DNA of 64,000 nt from Eledone cirrhosa (GCA_964016885.1 OZ024760.1:11470001-11534000); one strand, 5' to 3'; shown: positions 12,960 to 29,356, counted from the stretch's first letter. Translations and numbers: made by a program. Notes: generated by a model from the letters alone, not told the origin.

Positions 12960-13159
12960 GCAAACTGACCTCGGCGGGATTTGAACTCAGAAAATAAAAA
13001 CCCTAGACAAATGCTTAGCTGTGTTTGTTTCATCTCATCTCTCTACATTCTGAGTTCACATCTCGCCGAGGTTAAGGGTTACATTTTATCACTCTGGGGT
13101 CGATTTAATCGAGTTTCGCTCCTCCCAAAATTGTTGGCCTTGCGCCTAAATCAGAAAGA

Positions 13160-13162
<3 letters not shown>
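12960..13162. mobile_element. Rearranged S1 SINE fragments in opposite orientations
   Basis: ACCTCGGCGGGATTTGAACTCAGAA (minus) followed by TTCTGAGTTCACATCTCGCCGAGGT and the long-type 3' end (plus). Confidence 0.7.
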
Positions 13163-13215
<53 letters not shown>

Positions 13216-13387
13216 CACCCGAAAGTGAACTAACTGCTTTCTCTAGCAAATACTATATTTACTTTCTGCCCACCTTAATACCCGCCTGTGACCTCTGTAT
13301 CATGTATCAACAGGTGGTACGTGGGTCAAGAAAAAGGACTGTTTCCCTTGAAGCAAGTGAAAATAATATAATAGGTGCATTACTTTA

Positions 13388-13930
13388 CAGTAATCCGGTA
13401 GTGTCGGCCGACATGTTTTGCAACCTAGAGGTACGTCCCTTTATGTTCCCGATTTCAAATTCCTGCCGAGATTAGCTTTGCCCTTCATCTTTACGGGGTC
13501 GATAAACTAAAGTACCAGTAACGAACTGGAGTAGATTTAATCGACTTTGCCCTCCCTCAATTACTGTTGATATCGTGTCCATTGTTGATATCAGAAACCA
13601 TTATTAGTGGATTGGCAGTATCGGTAGAAGGTCGGACGCCGTGCTTTGACGCATAGAGTTACGGCCCTTGCCATTCTGAGTTCAAATCTCGCCGAGGTTA
13701 ACTTTACCCTTCATCCTTACGGGGTCGATAAAATAAAGTACCAGTAATGCACTGGGCATTGCTGGCCTTGTGCCAAAAGTAGAAACAATTATTTTTAGAG
13801 ATTTGCTTTGCCTTTCATCCATACGGGGAGGGCGATAAAATAAAGTACCAGTAACATACTGGGGTCGATTTAATGACTTTCTCCTCCTCCAACCATTACT
13901 GGTCTTGTGTCTAAAATCAGAATCCATTAT
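13388..13930 (+). mobile_element. Three head-to-tail S1 SINE copies
   Basis: Copies at ~13388-13605, 13606-13792 and 13806-13930 (5'-truncated), each with the TAAAGTACCAGTAA core. Confidence 0.85.
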
Positions 13931-15089
13931 ACTGTCTATTGTATTGTACGTCCATTAAAATTATGATGAATTCTCTGCAAGTGAGAGGTGTGAAAGTTCA
14001 ACACCATTTCTCCGATTCTTCACTTCAACAATTCACAATTGAGTCTAAGTGTTTTTTTTTGTTGCTTATTGTTGTTATGCTATTTATTTTGTTGTTTTTT
14101 GTGTTTTTATAGCATTGTGTTTTTGTTGTTTGTGTTTTTTATTTGTTATGACATTATTGTTTGTTTGTTGTTTAGGAATCATTTTGTCAGTCCTACTTCA
14201 TATTGGAGCATTACACCACTCCTCTCATCACTTCCAACAACCATAAAAACAATAACAACGACGACAATAACAACGAGAATAACAATAACAACGACAATAT
14301 CAACAATAACAACGACAACATGATTGTTTTTATCAACACAAATCGGAAACAAATTCAAAACGAAGGCAAACTTCTAACAAAGAAATTGATAAAATGAATC
14401 TGATAGAAAAGGGAAACAATGGCGGAAGAGAGGAGTTATGGTAGGATGAGAGATGGGGAAATGAGCGAGTGATGAAAGAGAGACTCAGAGAGAGAGATGG
14501 TGGAAGAGAAAGAGAGAGACTGGGAAAGAGAATGAGTTTTAAAGAAGACAGAAAGTGTCAATTTCAAAGGGAGAGAGAGGAGGGGGGGGGGGTGATTATA
14601 GGAGGGTGAGATAATAAATGACAGGTTTATGAAAGAGAATCAGAGAAAAAGAGGAGAGAGAGGAAAACGGAGGAGATGAAAAAAGAATAGAGAAAGAGAG
14701 TGGCAATTTAAAAGAGACAATTAAGAGAGAGAGAGGGGGGGTAAAGAGGGGGGGGGAGATAAGGTGAGTTTAAAAAGTGACAATTAGAATGGGAGAAATT
14801 GGAGAGAGGGGTGAAAGGAGGAGAGAAGAAAAGACACAGAAAAATGGTGAAAGTGAGAGATGACGAAAAGAGGGATGTTATTTAACAGGAAGCGAGAGGG
14901 GGAGTTAGAGTGAGAGAAAAAGAGAGGTGAGAGACGGAGTGAGAGAGAGACAGAGGTAGACAGAGACAGGGGTAGAGAGAGAGGAGAGAAGGGAAAAGGA
15001 GAAAGAGAGCTTGAAAGAAAAAGAGAGGTTTGGAAGAGTGTCAATTTGAAAGTACGAGACAGATGAGGAAAAGAAAGAATTATGAAGGA

Positions 15090-15470
15090 GAGAGGTTTGG
15101 AGAAACGAAAGAGTTTGGAGAAAGAAGGAGAGAGTTTGGAGAAAGAAGGAGAGAGTTTGGAGAAAGAAGGAAAGAGTTTGGAGAAAGAAGGAAAGAGTTT
15201 GGAGAAAGAAGGAGAGTTTGGAGAAAGGAGGAGAGAGTTTGGAGGAAAGAAGAAGAGTTTGGAGGAAAGAAGAAGAGTTTGGAGAAAGAAGGAGAGTTTG
15301 GAGGAAAGAAGGAGAGTTTGGAGGAAAGAAGGAGAGTTTGGAGGAAAGAAGGAGAGTTTGGAGGAAAGGAGGAGAGTTTGGAGGAAAGGAGGAGAGAGTT
15401 TGGAGGAAAGGAGGAGAGAGTTTGGAGGAAAGGAGGAGAGAGTTTGGAGGAAAGGAGGAGAGAGTTTGAA
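15090..15470. repeat. 20-23 bp purine-rich minisatellite
   Basis: Repeating GGAGAGTTTGGAGGAAAGAA. Confidence 0.9.
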
Positions 15471-15967
15471 AGAAAAAGCGATAAAGATGTGTGTGTGTGG
15501 TAGGGAAGGGTTGTAAATTAATAATGGCGGAACCTTTGATCTTTGTCTGCAAATACAATTGTAACCTTTACAGCCTGATTGGACAACGTAGCTTTTTCGT
15601 TTTGAAAACTAATTTGGTTTAGAAGTCAACGCCATCAGCCTAACATCATCATCATCATCATCATCAACATCATCAACATCATCATCAACATCATCATCAA
15701 CATCATCATCACCAAAATCATGATCAGATTCATCGTTATCATTACCATCATTATTATCATTACCGCCATCACATTATTGCTTTCATCATTATCACCATTA
15801 TTATCATAATCATCATCAACATTATCATCGTCTTCACCAATATTGTGCTCATTTTTATCATCATCATCATCATTTCCTCATCAACAACATTATCATCGTC
15901 ATCACCAATATTGTGCTCATCTTTATCATCATTATCCTCCTCCACATAAATATATATATATACACAC

Positions 15968-16000
<33 letters not shown>

Positions 16001-16123
16001 GTTATGTAATAAACAACATAAGGCAATTATTCCATTTACCAGTGGTTTCTTAAAAGCAAAAAATGTTGCTTTCAATCATCAGAATGAAAAAATCCTGGTC
16101 TTTATATATATATATATATATAT

Positions 16124-16218
<95 letters not shown>

Positions 16219-16220
16219 AT

Positions 16221-16405
16221 AATTGTTTCTACTTTTGGCACAAGGCCAGCAATTACCCCAGTACATTACTGGTACTTTATTTTATCGACCCCGTAAGGAT
16301 GAATGGCAAAGTTAACCTCGGCGGGATTTGAACTCAGTCCGTAAAGGGACGTAACTGTGCTGCAAAGCATGGCGTCCGACCCTCTACCGATACTGCCAAT
16401 CCACC
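16221..16405 (-). mobile_element. SINE family S1, short subtype
   Basis: Near-identical to 2126-2310. Confidence 0.9.
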
Positions 16406-16447
16406 AATAGTAATAAATGGAATATATATCACTATAGCATCATTATT

Positions 16448-16507
16448 TATTTCGTTATATATATTTCAAGGATACTAAGTTATGGAATGCCTTCTTCAGA
16501 CAAAATA
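16448..16507 (-). ncRNA. Type I hammerhead ribozyme (family D)
   Basis: Minus strand reads TATTTTGT-CTGAAGA-AGG...CCTT-GAAA-TATATA-TA-ACGAAATA. It is homologous to 42246-42309. Confidence 0.75.
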
Positions 16508-16792
16508 CAATATTTTTGATGTATAAAATGTGACATACTCGTAAAAGGGACCGCATGCGATCAATTCAAAACGGGTATGTCATGTATATATTTGTATATA
16601 TATATGTGTGTAGAAGACATGTATATCAATTGACGATATATATATAATATATATATGTATAAAAGTGGATGAATACTTCAACGGGTACTATGTACTTGTA
16701 GAAATATGCAAGGTGTTTATAATATTTGTGGTTCGATGGTACTAATTTGAGATACCAGAACAATATAAAAATAGCTGAGCAAGCGTATATGT

Positions 16793-16980
16793 ATATCGTC
16801 ATTTGGTATACATGTCTTCTACATGACTAGAACTGTTTCATTCTTATGAAATCATGATGATTTCACAAGGATGAAACAGTTCTAATCACGTAGCAGCCAT
16901 TTCTATATTAATAGTGCTTACACTCTACTAATGTATTGAGTACATTTTTAACTATGGTTACACCAACCTCCGATTTTATC
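16793..16980. mobile_element. Diverged family B element as a fold-back
   Basis: TAGAACTGTTTCAT..GAAATCAT-G-ATGATTTC..ATGAAACAGTTCTA, followed by GTATTGAGTAC and ACCTCCGATT. Confidence 0.7.
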
Positions 16981-17295
16981 AGGATCTACATATATATATG
17001 TGTGTGTGTGTGTGTGTATGTATATGTGTGTGTGTGTGTAGGATATCAGTAGATAACGGGTCGAGGAAAACTTGGCTCAATCTAGTACAAGAGAGCTTAG
17101 AGTATATTTCAAATTTCATACATTTAACATGTGAGCTCGACCTAGGGTTTCGTGGTTGCTGAAACAACATAACACTCCAGCAGTGTCGTCGTTGTTGTTG
17201 TTGTTGTCGTTGTCGTCGTCGTTGTCGTCGTTGTTGTTCTCGTTGTCATCGTCGTTGTTGTCGTCGTTGTCGTTGTTGTTGTCGTCGTCGTCGTT

Positions 17296-17336
<41 letters not shown>

Positions 17337-17417
17337 TGTTGTTGTTGTCGTTGTCGTCGTTGTCGTCGTTGTCGTTGTCGCCGCCGCCGCTGCTGCTGCT
17401 GCTGTTCTTATCATAAA

Positions 17418-17620
17418 GGCGGTGGATTGGCGGTATCGGTAGAGGGTCGGACGCCATGCTTTGCCGCAGAGTTTCGCCGAGGGTAAACTTTACCTTTCAT
17501 CCTTACACGGGGGGGTCGATAAAATAAAGTACCAGTAATACACTGGTACTGGGTCGATTTATTCGACTTTTCCCTTCCTCCCTAATTACCGGCCTTCTGC
17601 CTATACTAGAACTCCTTATT
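17418..17620 (+). mobile_element. SINE family S1, long subtype with internal deletion
   Basis: GGCGGTGGATTGGCGGTATCGGTAGAG head plus core. The B-box region is deleted. Confidence 0.85.
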
Positions 17621-17843
17621 ATTGTTGTTTTTGTTGTTTTATCATTATTATTATTATTATTATTATTATCCTGTACTGTCCTTAATGTCTACTTTATGTA
17701 AACCCTTGTGGTTAATAAAGAAAACATTATTATTATTATCACTAATAGAATTATTTTATTCTTTCTTTTCTGCTCTCACGTGATCAGGTGAGTACCGTTC
17801 GTTAATCTAACATGTTTCTCCGTCTTCAGTGGAATTTACTATA

Positions 17844-17885
<42 letters not shown>

Positions 17886-17930
17886 GGTGTGTATGTATGT
17901 GTGTGTGTGTGTATGTGTGTGTGTGTGTGT

Positions 17931-17976
<46 letters not shown>

Positions 17977-18074
17977 GTCATTAAGTATGAAATGTTCGAT
18001 TCTGAATTGAAAGTGTTTCAGGATATCGAAGATTACATACTTATTGACCTAATATATATAGTTATGTAATATAT

Positions 18075-18133
<59 letters not shown>

Positions 18134-18293
18134 AACATATATATATGTATATTATTGTTGTTCTTGTTGATATTAATCCTTGTTATTGATGTGATATATT
18201 AATCCGGTATCTTTAGAAATTCCTCAAGACCCCCCCCCCTTTTGAATCCCTTTTCCTTGTTATATATTACACCTTGTGTTGTTATTATAATTA

Positions 18294-18765
18294 CTAGCAG
18301 ATAAACCACCTGTCGGGCAGTTTCCTGCTAGCATGTGTAGTGTGTATATTGATATTATACACAAATATATATACATGTAGATATGATACATCAAATAAAA
18401 TCGTAATTGACAATATATAATACATAGAAATTAAACGAAGACTGCGTTACACTGTCTTATTTAATCAGTAAAGTAATCCATGATACATTAAAAAAATACG
18501 ATATTATATATAAACTGCATTAGGAGAAAATTAGTGACAGAAAATTGATATGTTTATTTAAGCGATGGCTAACTGGAAGTGTTGACATTTCAGAAATGTT
18601 AAAGAAGTGAATCTTTAAATAAACAAAATATATTTAATCAATAGCCACGAAATTTAATAGATAAATTATGTAATATTCATTCAGTAATGCAACTTATTTT
18701 ACTAATGGGATGGAAAATTATAAACCGTACGCGGTCCCGCGCTCCTTACTTTATCATAGTTTAGA
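18294..18765 (-). mobile_element. Probable non-autonomous Helitron
   Basis: Minus strand begins A|TC and ends CTAG|T. The hairpin ACTGCC-CGACA-GGTGGT ends ~11 nt before the 3' end. No TSD is seen. Confidence 0.55.
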
Positions 18766-19479
18766 TTGTTATACTCATATCTTGTGTTATCTTGTGTTGA
18801 ACGTTCCTTCACATTACACCACGTAATCACCGTTTTATCCTACCTTCTATTGTGAGTGTGAGTATATGTATATGTCACTGTGTCTATATATGTCTGTGTG
18901 TTTGTATGTGTGTGGGGGGGGGGGTAAGTATACATATTTTGTTCAAAAATCTGTCTAGGATTTTCTAGAATTTCAGAAATTTTTTTTTTTAGAATATTAT
19001 TTCAGAAATGTTTCGAGAATTTTTTTTCAGAAAGAATTTTCATAATTTTTTCTAGAAAAAAAAAATTTTACTAAAAAATTATTAAAAATTATATTTTCCC
19101 AGAATTTCTTTCAAATACGTTGCTAAAGATTTTTTTTTTTTTTTTATTCAGCCCAAATTTTTTCTAGAAAACATTTTTTCAATATTTTTTTTCTACAAAT
19201 TTCTTTTCCAAAAAAAATTTCCAAAACCATTCCTAAAAAAAAATAAGAAGGGGAATGAAAGAGGGAGGGGAATGGAGAGAGGAAGGGAGGGGGGAAGGTA
19301 AGAAAAAGCTACACGATACATAGTAATTTGATATCTGCGTTTCTAGAGAGTTAAACTAGACTTAACTAGATACGTGTAATAACTAATTTATCAAATGACT
19401 TTCATTGCTATTCCACATCTCAACGTTGATTTCACCGATGACATTGGCCAATTATCAAACGACACGGCAATTTATTTCA

Positions 19480-20560
19480 CGGCTGCTGTACGTACTGCTG
19501 CTGTTGCTACTGTTGTTACTGTTGGTGTTGGTGTTACTGCTGTTGCTACAGTTGTTGTTGTTGTTGTTGCTGCTACAGTTGTTGTTGCTACAGTTGTTGT
19601 TGTTGTTGTTGTTGCTACTGATACTGCTGCTGTTGCTACTGTTGTTGGTGTTGGTGTTGTTGCTACTGTTGTTGTTGCTACAGTTGTTGTTGTTGTTGAT
19701 GCTACTGATACTGCTGCTGTTGCTACTGTTGTTAGTGTTGGTGTTGTTGTTGTTGCTACAGTTGTTGTTGTTGTTGTTGCTACAGTTGTTGTTGTTGTTG
19801 TTGCTACTGATACTGCTGCTGTTGCTACTGTTGTTATTGTTGGTGTTGTTGCTGTTGCTTCAGTTGTTGTTGTTGTTGCTACTGTTGTTGCTACTGCTAC
19901 TGTTACTGCTGCTGTCGGTGTTATTGCCACTGCTGTTGCTACTGCTGCTGTTGTTGCTACTGCTGCTGTCGGTGTTATTGCCACTGCTGCTGCTGTTCCG
20001 GCTGCTGCTTGATGATCCTCATTCCAAACCAATTCTTGGACATATGTCACATTCACCACCACCATCACCACCACCACCATCATCATCACCATAACCATCA
20101 CCACCACCATCACCACCACCATCATCGTCACCATCATCATCACCACCACCATCATCATCACCATCACCACCACCATCACCACCACCACCATCCTCACCAC
20201 ATCACCATCATCAACTTCCTCGTCACCAATCATCACAATCCACATCATCACCATCAAAGTTACAGCCACCATCATCATCATCATCATCAACATCGTCATT
20301 GTCCTAATCAGCAACCACCACCACCATCACCACCGCCATCATTATCACCACCACCACCACTACCACCTCCACCACTACCACCACCACCACTACCACCATC
20401 ATTACCACCACTACCACTACCACTACCACCACCATCACCACCACCACCATCATTATCACCACCACCACCACCACCACCACTACCACTACCACCACCACCA
20501 CCACTACCACCACCAACGACAAAGACAACACCAGTATCACTACCGACAATAACAACAACA
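19480..20560. repeat. Degenerate (GTT/GCT)n then (CAC/CAT)n trinucleotide tracts
   Basis: Direct inspection. Open in several frames, hence the low-complexity ORFs. Confidence 0.9.
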
Positions 20561-20704
20561 AGAACATCACTTCGATTAGTCAACATGTCTCCATGACAAC
20601 ACCTTCGCTGCAGATTTGACGACGATAATAAAATATATTTGGCGCCATTTTGTATTAGTATTATTGCAACAATCGCGCACACACGCATATATATATACAT
20701 ATAC

Positions 20705-20747
<43 letters not shown>

Positions 20748-20783
20748 CATATATATATATATATATGTATATATATGTATATG

Positions 20784-20824
<41 letters not shown>

Positions 20825-20826
20825 GT

Positions 20827-20860
<34 letters not shown>

Positions 20861-20900
20861 ATACATATATACATATATACATATACATATATACATATAC

Positions 20901-20931
<31 letters not shown>

Positions 20932-20986
20932 CATATATATATATACATATATATATATACATATATACATATACATATATATATAC

Positions 20987-21018
<32 letters not shown>

Positions 21019-21038
21019 ATACATATATATATATATAC

Positions 21039-21080
<42 letters not shown>

Positions 21081-21467
21081 TTCTATATATATCTATCTCT
21101 CTCTCTTTCTCTCTCTCTATTTCTCTATCTCTCTCTCTTTCTTTCTCTCTATTTTTTTTCTTTCTTTCTTTCTTTATTTCTATCTTTCTCTTTCTTTCTC
21201 TTTCTTTCTCTTTCTCCCTCTCTTTCCTTCTCCCTCTCTCCTTCTCCCTCTCTCTCTCCTTCTCTGGAAGGAATCAGCTGTGTTCAAACCGGGAGAAGGG
21301 ATATTGTCTGCCAGGTTTAAAATGCTTTAAATCTCCAAGATACACTCTTCACTGTTTGTCACTACGGCGTCCCTACGTCTCTTTCAGCAAATAGAGAAAT
21401 ATATATATATATACATATAATATATACATATATATATACATATATATATATACATATATATACATAC

Positions 21468-21498
<31 letters not shown>

Positions 21499-21679
21499 CA
21501 TACATATATATATTATATATACATATATATATATACATATATATATTATATATACATATATATATATATACATATATATATTATATATACATATATATAC
21601 ATACATATATATATTATATATACATATATATACATATACATAATGTAGGAGGTGAGTTTTATTGTAGTACAATAAAGCA

Positions 21680-22012
21680 ATGCAGATATCGGATAAGTAG
21701 CACTCTACAGTTTGTGGGACTGGAGTATAAATAATATAAGATAAAAAGATGGTTAAAAGAGTTCCATGTATTTTATTATGCGCATTTCAACCCCCCCCCC
21801 CTCATTTTTTTCACAATATCACACATCATTCTTAAACTACTTTTCATATGTTGATTTAAAACTGCACTATTCACAAGTGTTTTTTAACCTTCATATCATG
21901 TCTCCCTATTTTATCTGACGAAAACGCAAATGTCATCTCATGATGATATTTGTTTTTGAAATGCGCATAATAAAATACATGGAACTCTTTTAACCATCTT
22001 TTGATCTTATAT

Positions 22013-22015
<3 letters not shown>
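21680..22015 (+). mobile_element. TA-associated family C element with inverted partial repeat and hammerhead (21907-21977)
   Basis: TATTTTAT-CTGACGA-[AAACGCAAATGTCATC..GATGATATTTGTTTTT]-GAAA-TGCGCA-TA-ATAAAATA. 21733-21790 is the reverse complement of 21956-22013. A second copy lies at 57911. Confidence 0.85.
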
Positions 22016-22070
<55 letters not shown>

Positions 22071-22131
22071 ACGTAACGATATATTATCACTACATTATTG
22101 ATAACCTGAAATCTTATATATATATATATAT

Positions 22132-22323
22132 ATAGGAACAAGTAAGACCCCGACGGCTGAGCTCAAGCCATTTCGACGGCTAATTCTGTACAGAATTAGC
22201 CTTCGAAACGGCTTGAGCTCAGCCCTCGGGGTCTTACTTGTTCCTATTACCCACTCTACTACCTTAAGTATTGAGTACTTTGGTGCGTTATGGTCCACCT
22301 GGTTCCTTACCATATTTCCTTCG

Positions 22324-22325
<2 letters not shown>
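22132..22325 (+). mobile_element. TA-embedded family A fold-back element
   Basis: Palindrome 22132-22247 centred at 22189/22190, with a unique tail to CCTTCGTT-(TA)n. Confidence 0.85.
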
Positions 22326-22363
<38 letters not shown>

Positions 22364-22555
22364 GATTCTTTAGAGTAATGTAACAAATGTCAGTGTGTTA
22401 CCTTTTTAGGTGAGGATCTTTGTTAATATCAAATACAATATATATTCTTCTTGAATATACTTGAGACGTGGCTCAAACTAATTGTAACAATTGTTACTAG
22501 ACATTTCTGTGTTGAGCAACTGCACCATGTGTAGGTAAACACAGACAGATACATA

Positions 22556-22612
<57 letters not shown>

Positions 22613-22731
22613 ACATATATGTGTATATGTTTTTATTTATTTTATATAGCCGAGGTTGTATCCAGCTGGGTTTATTGTTTTTCCACGAAATGATATACTT
22701 TGGATTGAAGTGAGGGCACTCAGACACTCAC

Positions 22732-22768
22732 GTGTATATATATATATTTGTATATATATATATATATT

Positions 22769-22803
<35 letters not shown>

Positions 22804-23392
22804 ATATATATATATTTGTATATATATATATTTGTATATATATATATATATTTGTATATATATATATATTTGTATATATATATATATATATTTGTATATA
22901 TATATATATATATTTGTATATATATATATTTGTATATATATATATATTTGTATATATCTATATATATTTGTGTATATATATATATATATATATATTTGTA
23001 TATATATATATTTGTATATATATATATATTTGTATATATATATATATATTTGTATATATATATATATATTTGTATATATATATATATATTTGTATATATA
23101 TATATATATTTGTATATATATATATATATTTGTATATATATATATATATTTGTATATATATATATATATTTGTATATATATATATATATTTGTATATATA
23201 TATATATATTTGTATATATATATATTTGTATATATATATATTTGTATATATATATATTTGTATATATATATATATTTGTATATATATATATATATATATA
23301 TATTTGTATATATATATATTTGTATATATATATATTTGTATATATATATATTTGTATATATATATATTTGTATATATATATATATATATTTG

Positions 23393-23430
<38 letters not shown>

Positions 23431-24650
23431 TGTATATATATATATATATTTGTATATATATATATATATTTGTATATATATATATATATATTTGTATATA
23501 TATATATATATATATTTGTATATATATATATATATATTTGTATATATATATATATATATTTGTATATATATATATATATTTGTATATATATATATATATA
23601 TATTTGTATATATATATATATATATTTGTATATATATATATATATTTGTATATATATATATATTTGTATATATATATATATATATTTGTATATATATATA
23701 TATATTTGTATATATATATATATATTTGTATATATATATATATATTTGTATATATATATATATATTTGTATATATATTTGTATATATATATATATATTTG
23801 TGTATATATATATATATATTTGTGTATATATATATATATATTTGTGTATATATATATATATATATTTGTGTATATATATATATATATTTGTGTATATATA
23901 TATATATATTTGTATATATATATATATATTTGTATATATATATATATATTTGTATATATATATATATATTTGTATATATATATATATATTTGTATATATA
24001 TATATATATTTGTATATATATATATATATTTGTATATATATATATATTTGTATATATATATTTGTATATATATATATATTTGTATATATATATATTTGTA
24101 TATATATATATTTGTATATATATATATTTGTATATATATATATTTGTATATATATATATATATTTGTATATATATATATATATATTTGTGTATATATATA
24201 TATATATATATTTGTGTATATATATATATATATATTTGTGTATATATATATATTTGTATATATATATATATTTGTATATATATATATATTTGTATATATA
24301 TATATATTTGTATATATATATATATTTGTATATATATATATATTTGTATATATATATATATTTGTATATATATATATATTTGTATATATATATATATTTG
24401 TATATATATATATATTTGTATATATATATATATATTTGTGTATATATATATTTGTATATATATATATTTGTATATATATATATATATTTGTGTATATATA
24501 TATATTTGTATATATATATATATTTGTATATATATATATTTGTATATATATATATATATTTGTATATATATATATATATTTGTGTATATATATATATATA
24601 TATTTGTATATATATATATATATTTGTATATATATATATTTGTATATATA
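22732..24650. repeat. (TA)nTTTG compound satellite
   Basis: TTTG interrupts (TA)n about every 16-24 bp. Confidence 0.95.
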
Positions 24651-24687
24651 TGTTGAAAATTGCAAACTCGACTGTCACCACATATCA

Positions 24688-24724
24688 TGAACCTGAAGAT
24701 TGAAAGCATGAAAGTACTTGTTCA
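24688..24724 (+). ncRNA. Minimal type I hammerhead ribozyme (37 nt)
   Basis: TGAAC-CTGAAGA-TTGAAAGCAT-GAAA-GTAC-TT-GTTCA. Stem I is perfect and stem III is the palindrome AAGTACTT. Confidence 0.7.
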
Positions 24725-24889
24725 ATTAACACTTAGAATTTAATATTCTATCATACTATTTCATTATAATACCATTATATATATTTTAAAGGATTGTAAA
24801 TAAAACGAGTAAATCAGACAAAGTTGGAATTCCTCTTATTAATATAATCTTCTATACACAATCATACACACCCGTGTATATTTACCTAT

Positions 24890-25054
24890 CTATATCTATA
24901 TATATATTTGTATATATATATATTTGTATATATATATATATATATTTGTATATATATATATTTGTATATATATATATATTTGTATATATATATATATATA
25001 TATTTGTATATATATATATTTGTATATGTATATATATATTTGTATATATATTTG

Positions 25055-25095
<41 letters not shown>

Positions 25096-25219
25096 TTGTA
25101 TATATATATATTTGTATATATATATATATTTGTATATATATATATATTTGTATATATATATATTTGTATATATATATATATTTGTATATATATATATATT
25201 TGTATATATATATATATTT

Positions 25220-25259
<40 letters not shown>

Positions 25260-25312
25260 TTGTATATATATATATTTGTATATATATATATATTTGTATA
25301 TATATATATATT

Positions 25313-25347
<35 letters not shown>

Positions 25348-25364
25348 ATATATATATATATTTG

Positions 25365-25395
<31 letters not shown>

Positions 25396-25412
25396 ATATA
25401 TATATATATTTG

Positions 25413-25443
<31 letters not shown>

Positions 25444-26960
25444 ATATATATATATATTTGTGTATATATATATATATTTGTATATATATATATTTGTATA
25501 TATATATATATATTTGTATATATATATATTTGTATATATATATATATATATTTGTATATATATATATATTTGTATATATATATATATTTGTGTATATATA
25601 TATATATTTGTATATATATATATATTTGTGTATATATATATATATTTGTATATATATATATTTGTATATATATATATATATTTGTATATATATATATTTG
25701 TATATATATATATATATATTTGTATATATATATATATATATTTGTATATATATATATATTTGTATATATATATATATTTGTATATATATATATATTTGTA
25801 TATATATATATATTTGTATATATATATATATATTTGTATATATATATATATATTTGTATATATATATATATATTTGTATATATATATATATTTGTGTATA
25901 TATATATATATTTGTATATATATATATATTTGTGTATATATATATATATTTGTGTATATATATATATATTTGTGTATATATATATATATATTTGTGTATA
26001 TATATATATATTTGTGTATATATATATTTGAATATATATATATATTTGTGTATATATATATATATTTGTATATAAATATATATATTTGTATATATATATA
26101 TTTGTATATATATATATATATTTGTATATATATATATATTTGTATATATATATATATTTGTATATGTATATATATTTGTATATGTATATATATTTGTATA
26201 TGTATATATATTTGTATATGTATATATATTTGTATATGTATATATATTTGTATATGTATATATATTTGTATATGTATATATATTTGTATATATATATATA
26301 TATTTGTATATATATATATATTTGTATATATATATATATATTTGTATATATATATATATTTGTATATATATATATATATATATTTGTATATATATATATA
26401 TTTGTATATATATATATATATATATTTGTATATATATATATATATATATTTGTATATATATATATATATATATTTGTATATATATATATATATATATATT
26501 TGTATATATATATATATATTTGTATATATATATATATGTTTGTATATATATATATATATATATTTGTATATATATATATATATATATATTTGTATATATA
26601 TATATATATATATATTTGTATATATATATTTGTATATATATATATATATATATTTGTATATATATATATATATATATTTGTATATATATATATATATATA
26701 TTTGTATATATATATATATATATATTTGTATATATATATATATATATATATTTGTATATATATATATATATATATATTTGTATATATATATATATATATA
26801 TATTTGTATATATATATATATATATATTTGTATATATATATATATATATATTTGTATATATATATATATATATTTGTATATATATATATATATATATTTG
26901 TATATATATATATATATATATATTTGTGTATATGTATATAATATATATATATATATATAC
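24890..26960. repeat. (TA)nTTTG compound satellite
   Basis: Same unit as 22732-24650. Confidence 0.95.
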
Positions 26961-27249
26961 ACACATATATATATTCATTTCCAAGCTGAGTGGTTATTTA
27001 GTTTTATATGTATCTTACGACTTTTCCTATTCCTCAATGATAACTCTCCGTTCCATTGTTCCCAGTATTAATGGTCTGAAGATCATAGTGCTACGTTCCG
27101 CTTTTTTTAGTAACTCATATTGCTGTGTCCAGAGATATATGTGCGTATAATGTATATATGGTACATATAATGTGCTACTGCGTGTAATACTATTACAGAC
27201 TTATTATATATCCGACATCGAACCGTAAATATATATTATATATATACAT

Positions 27250-29138
<1,889 letters not shown>

Positions 29139-29278
29139 TGTCTCGAAAAGTGGATGTATATATAAGGCATTGAAAAGTGAGGACATATGTATATCGGTGT
29201 GTATGTAGTGTGTGTGTGCGTGCGTGTGTGTATTTGCATGTGTGTTTATGCGCGTGTGTGTGTGTGTATGTATGTATG

Positions 29279-29353
<75 letters not shown>

Positions 29354-29356
<3 letters not shown>

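Noticed and set aside
19395-20596. Thr/Ala-rich, poly-His and poly-Pro ORFs
   Set aside because: Trinucleotide tracts with no supporting coding features.
27070-27090. CTGAAGA in a TA-flanked island
   Set aside because: The remainder of the hammerhead was not found on the same strand.
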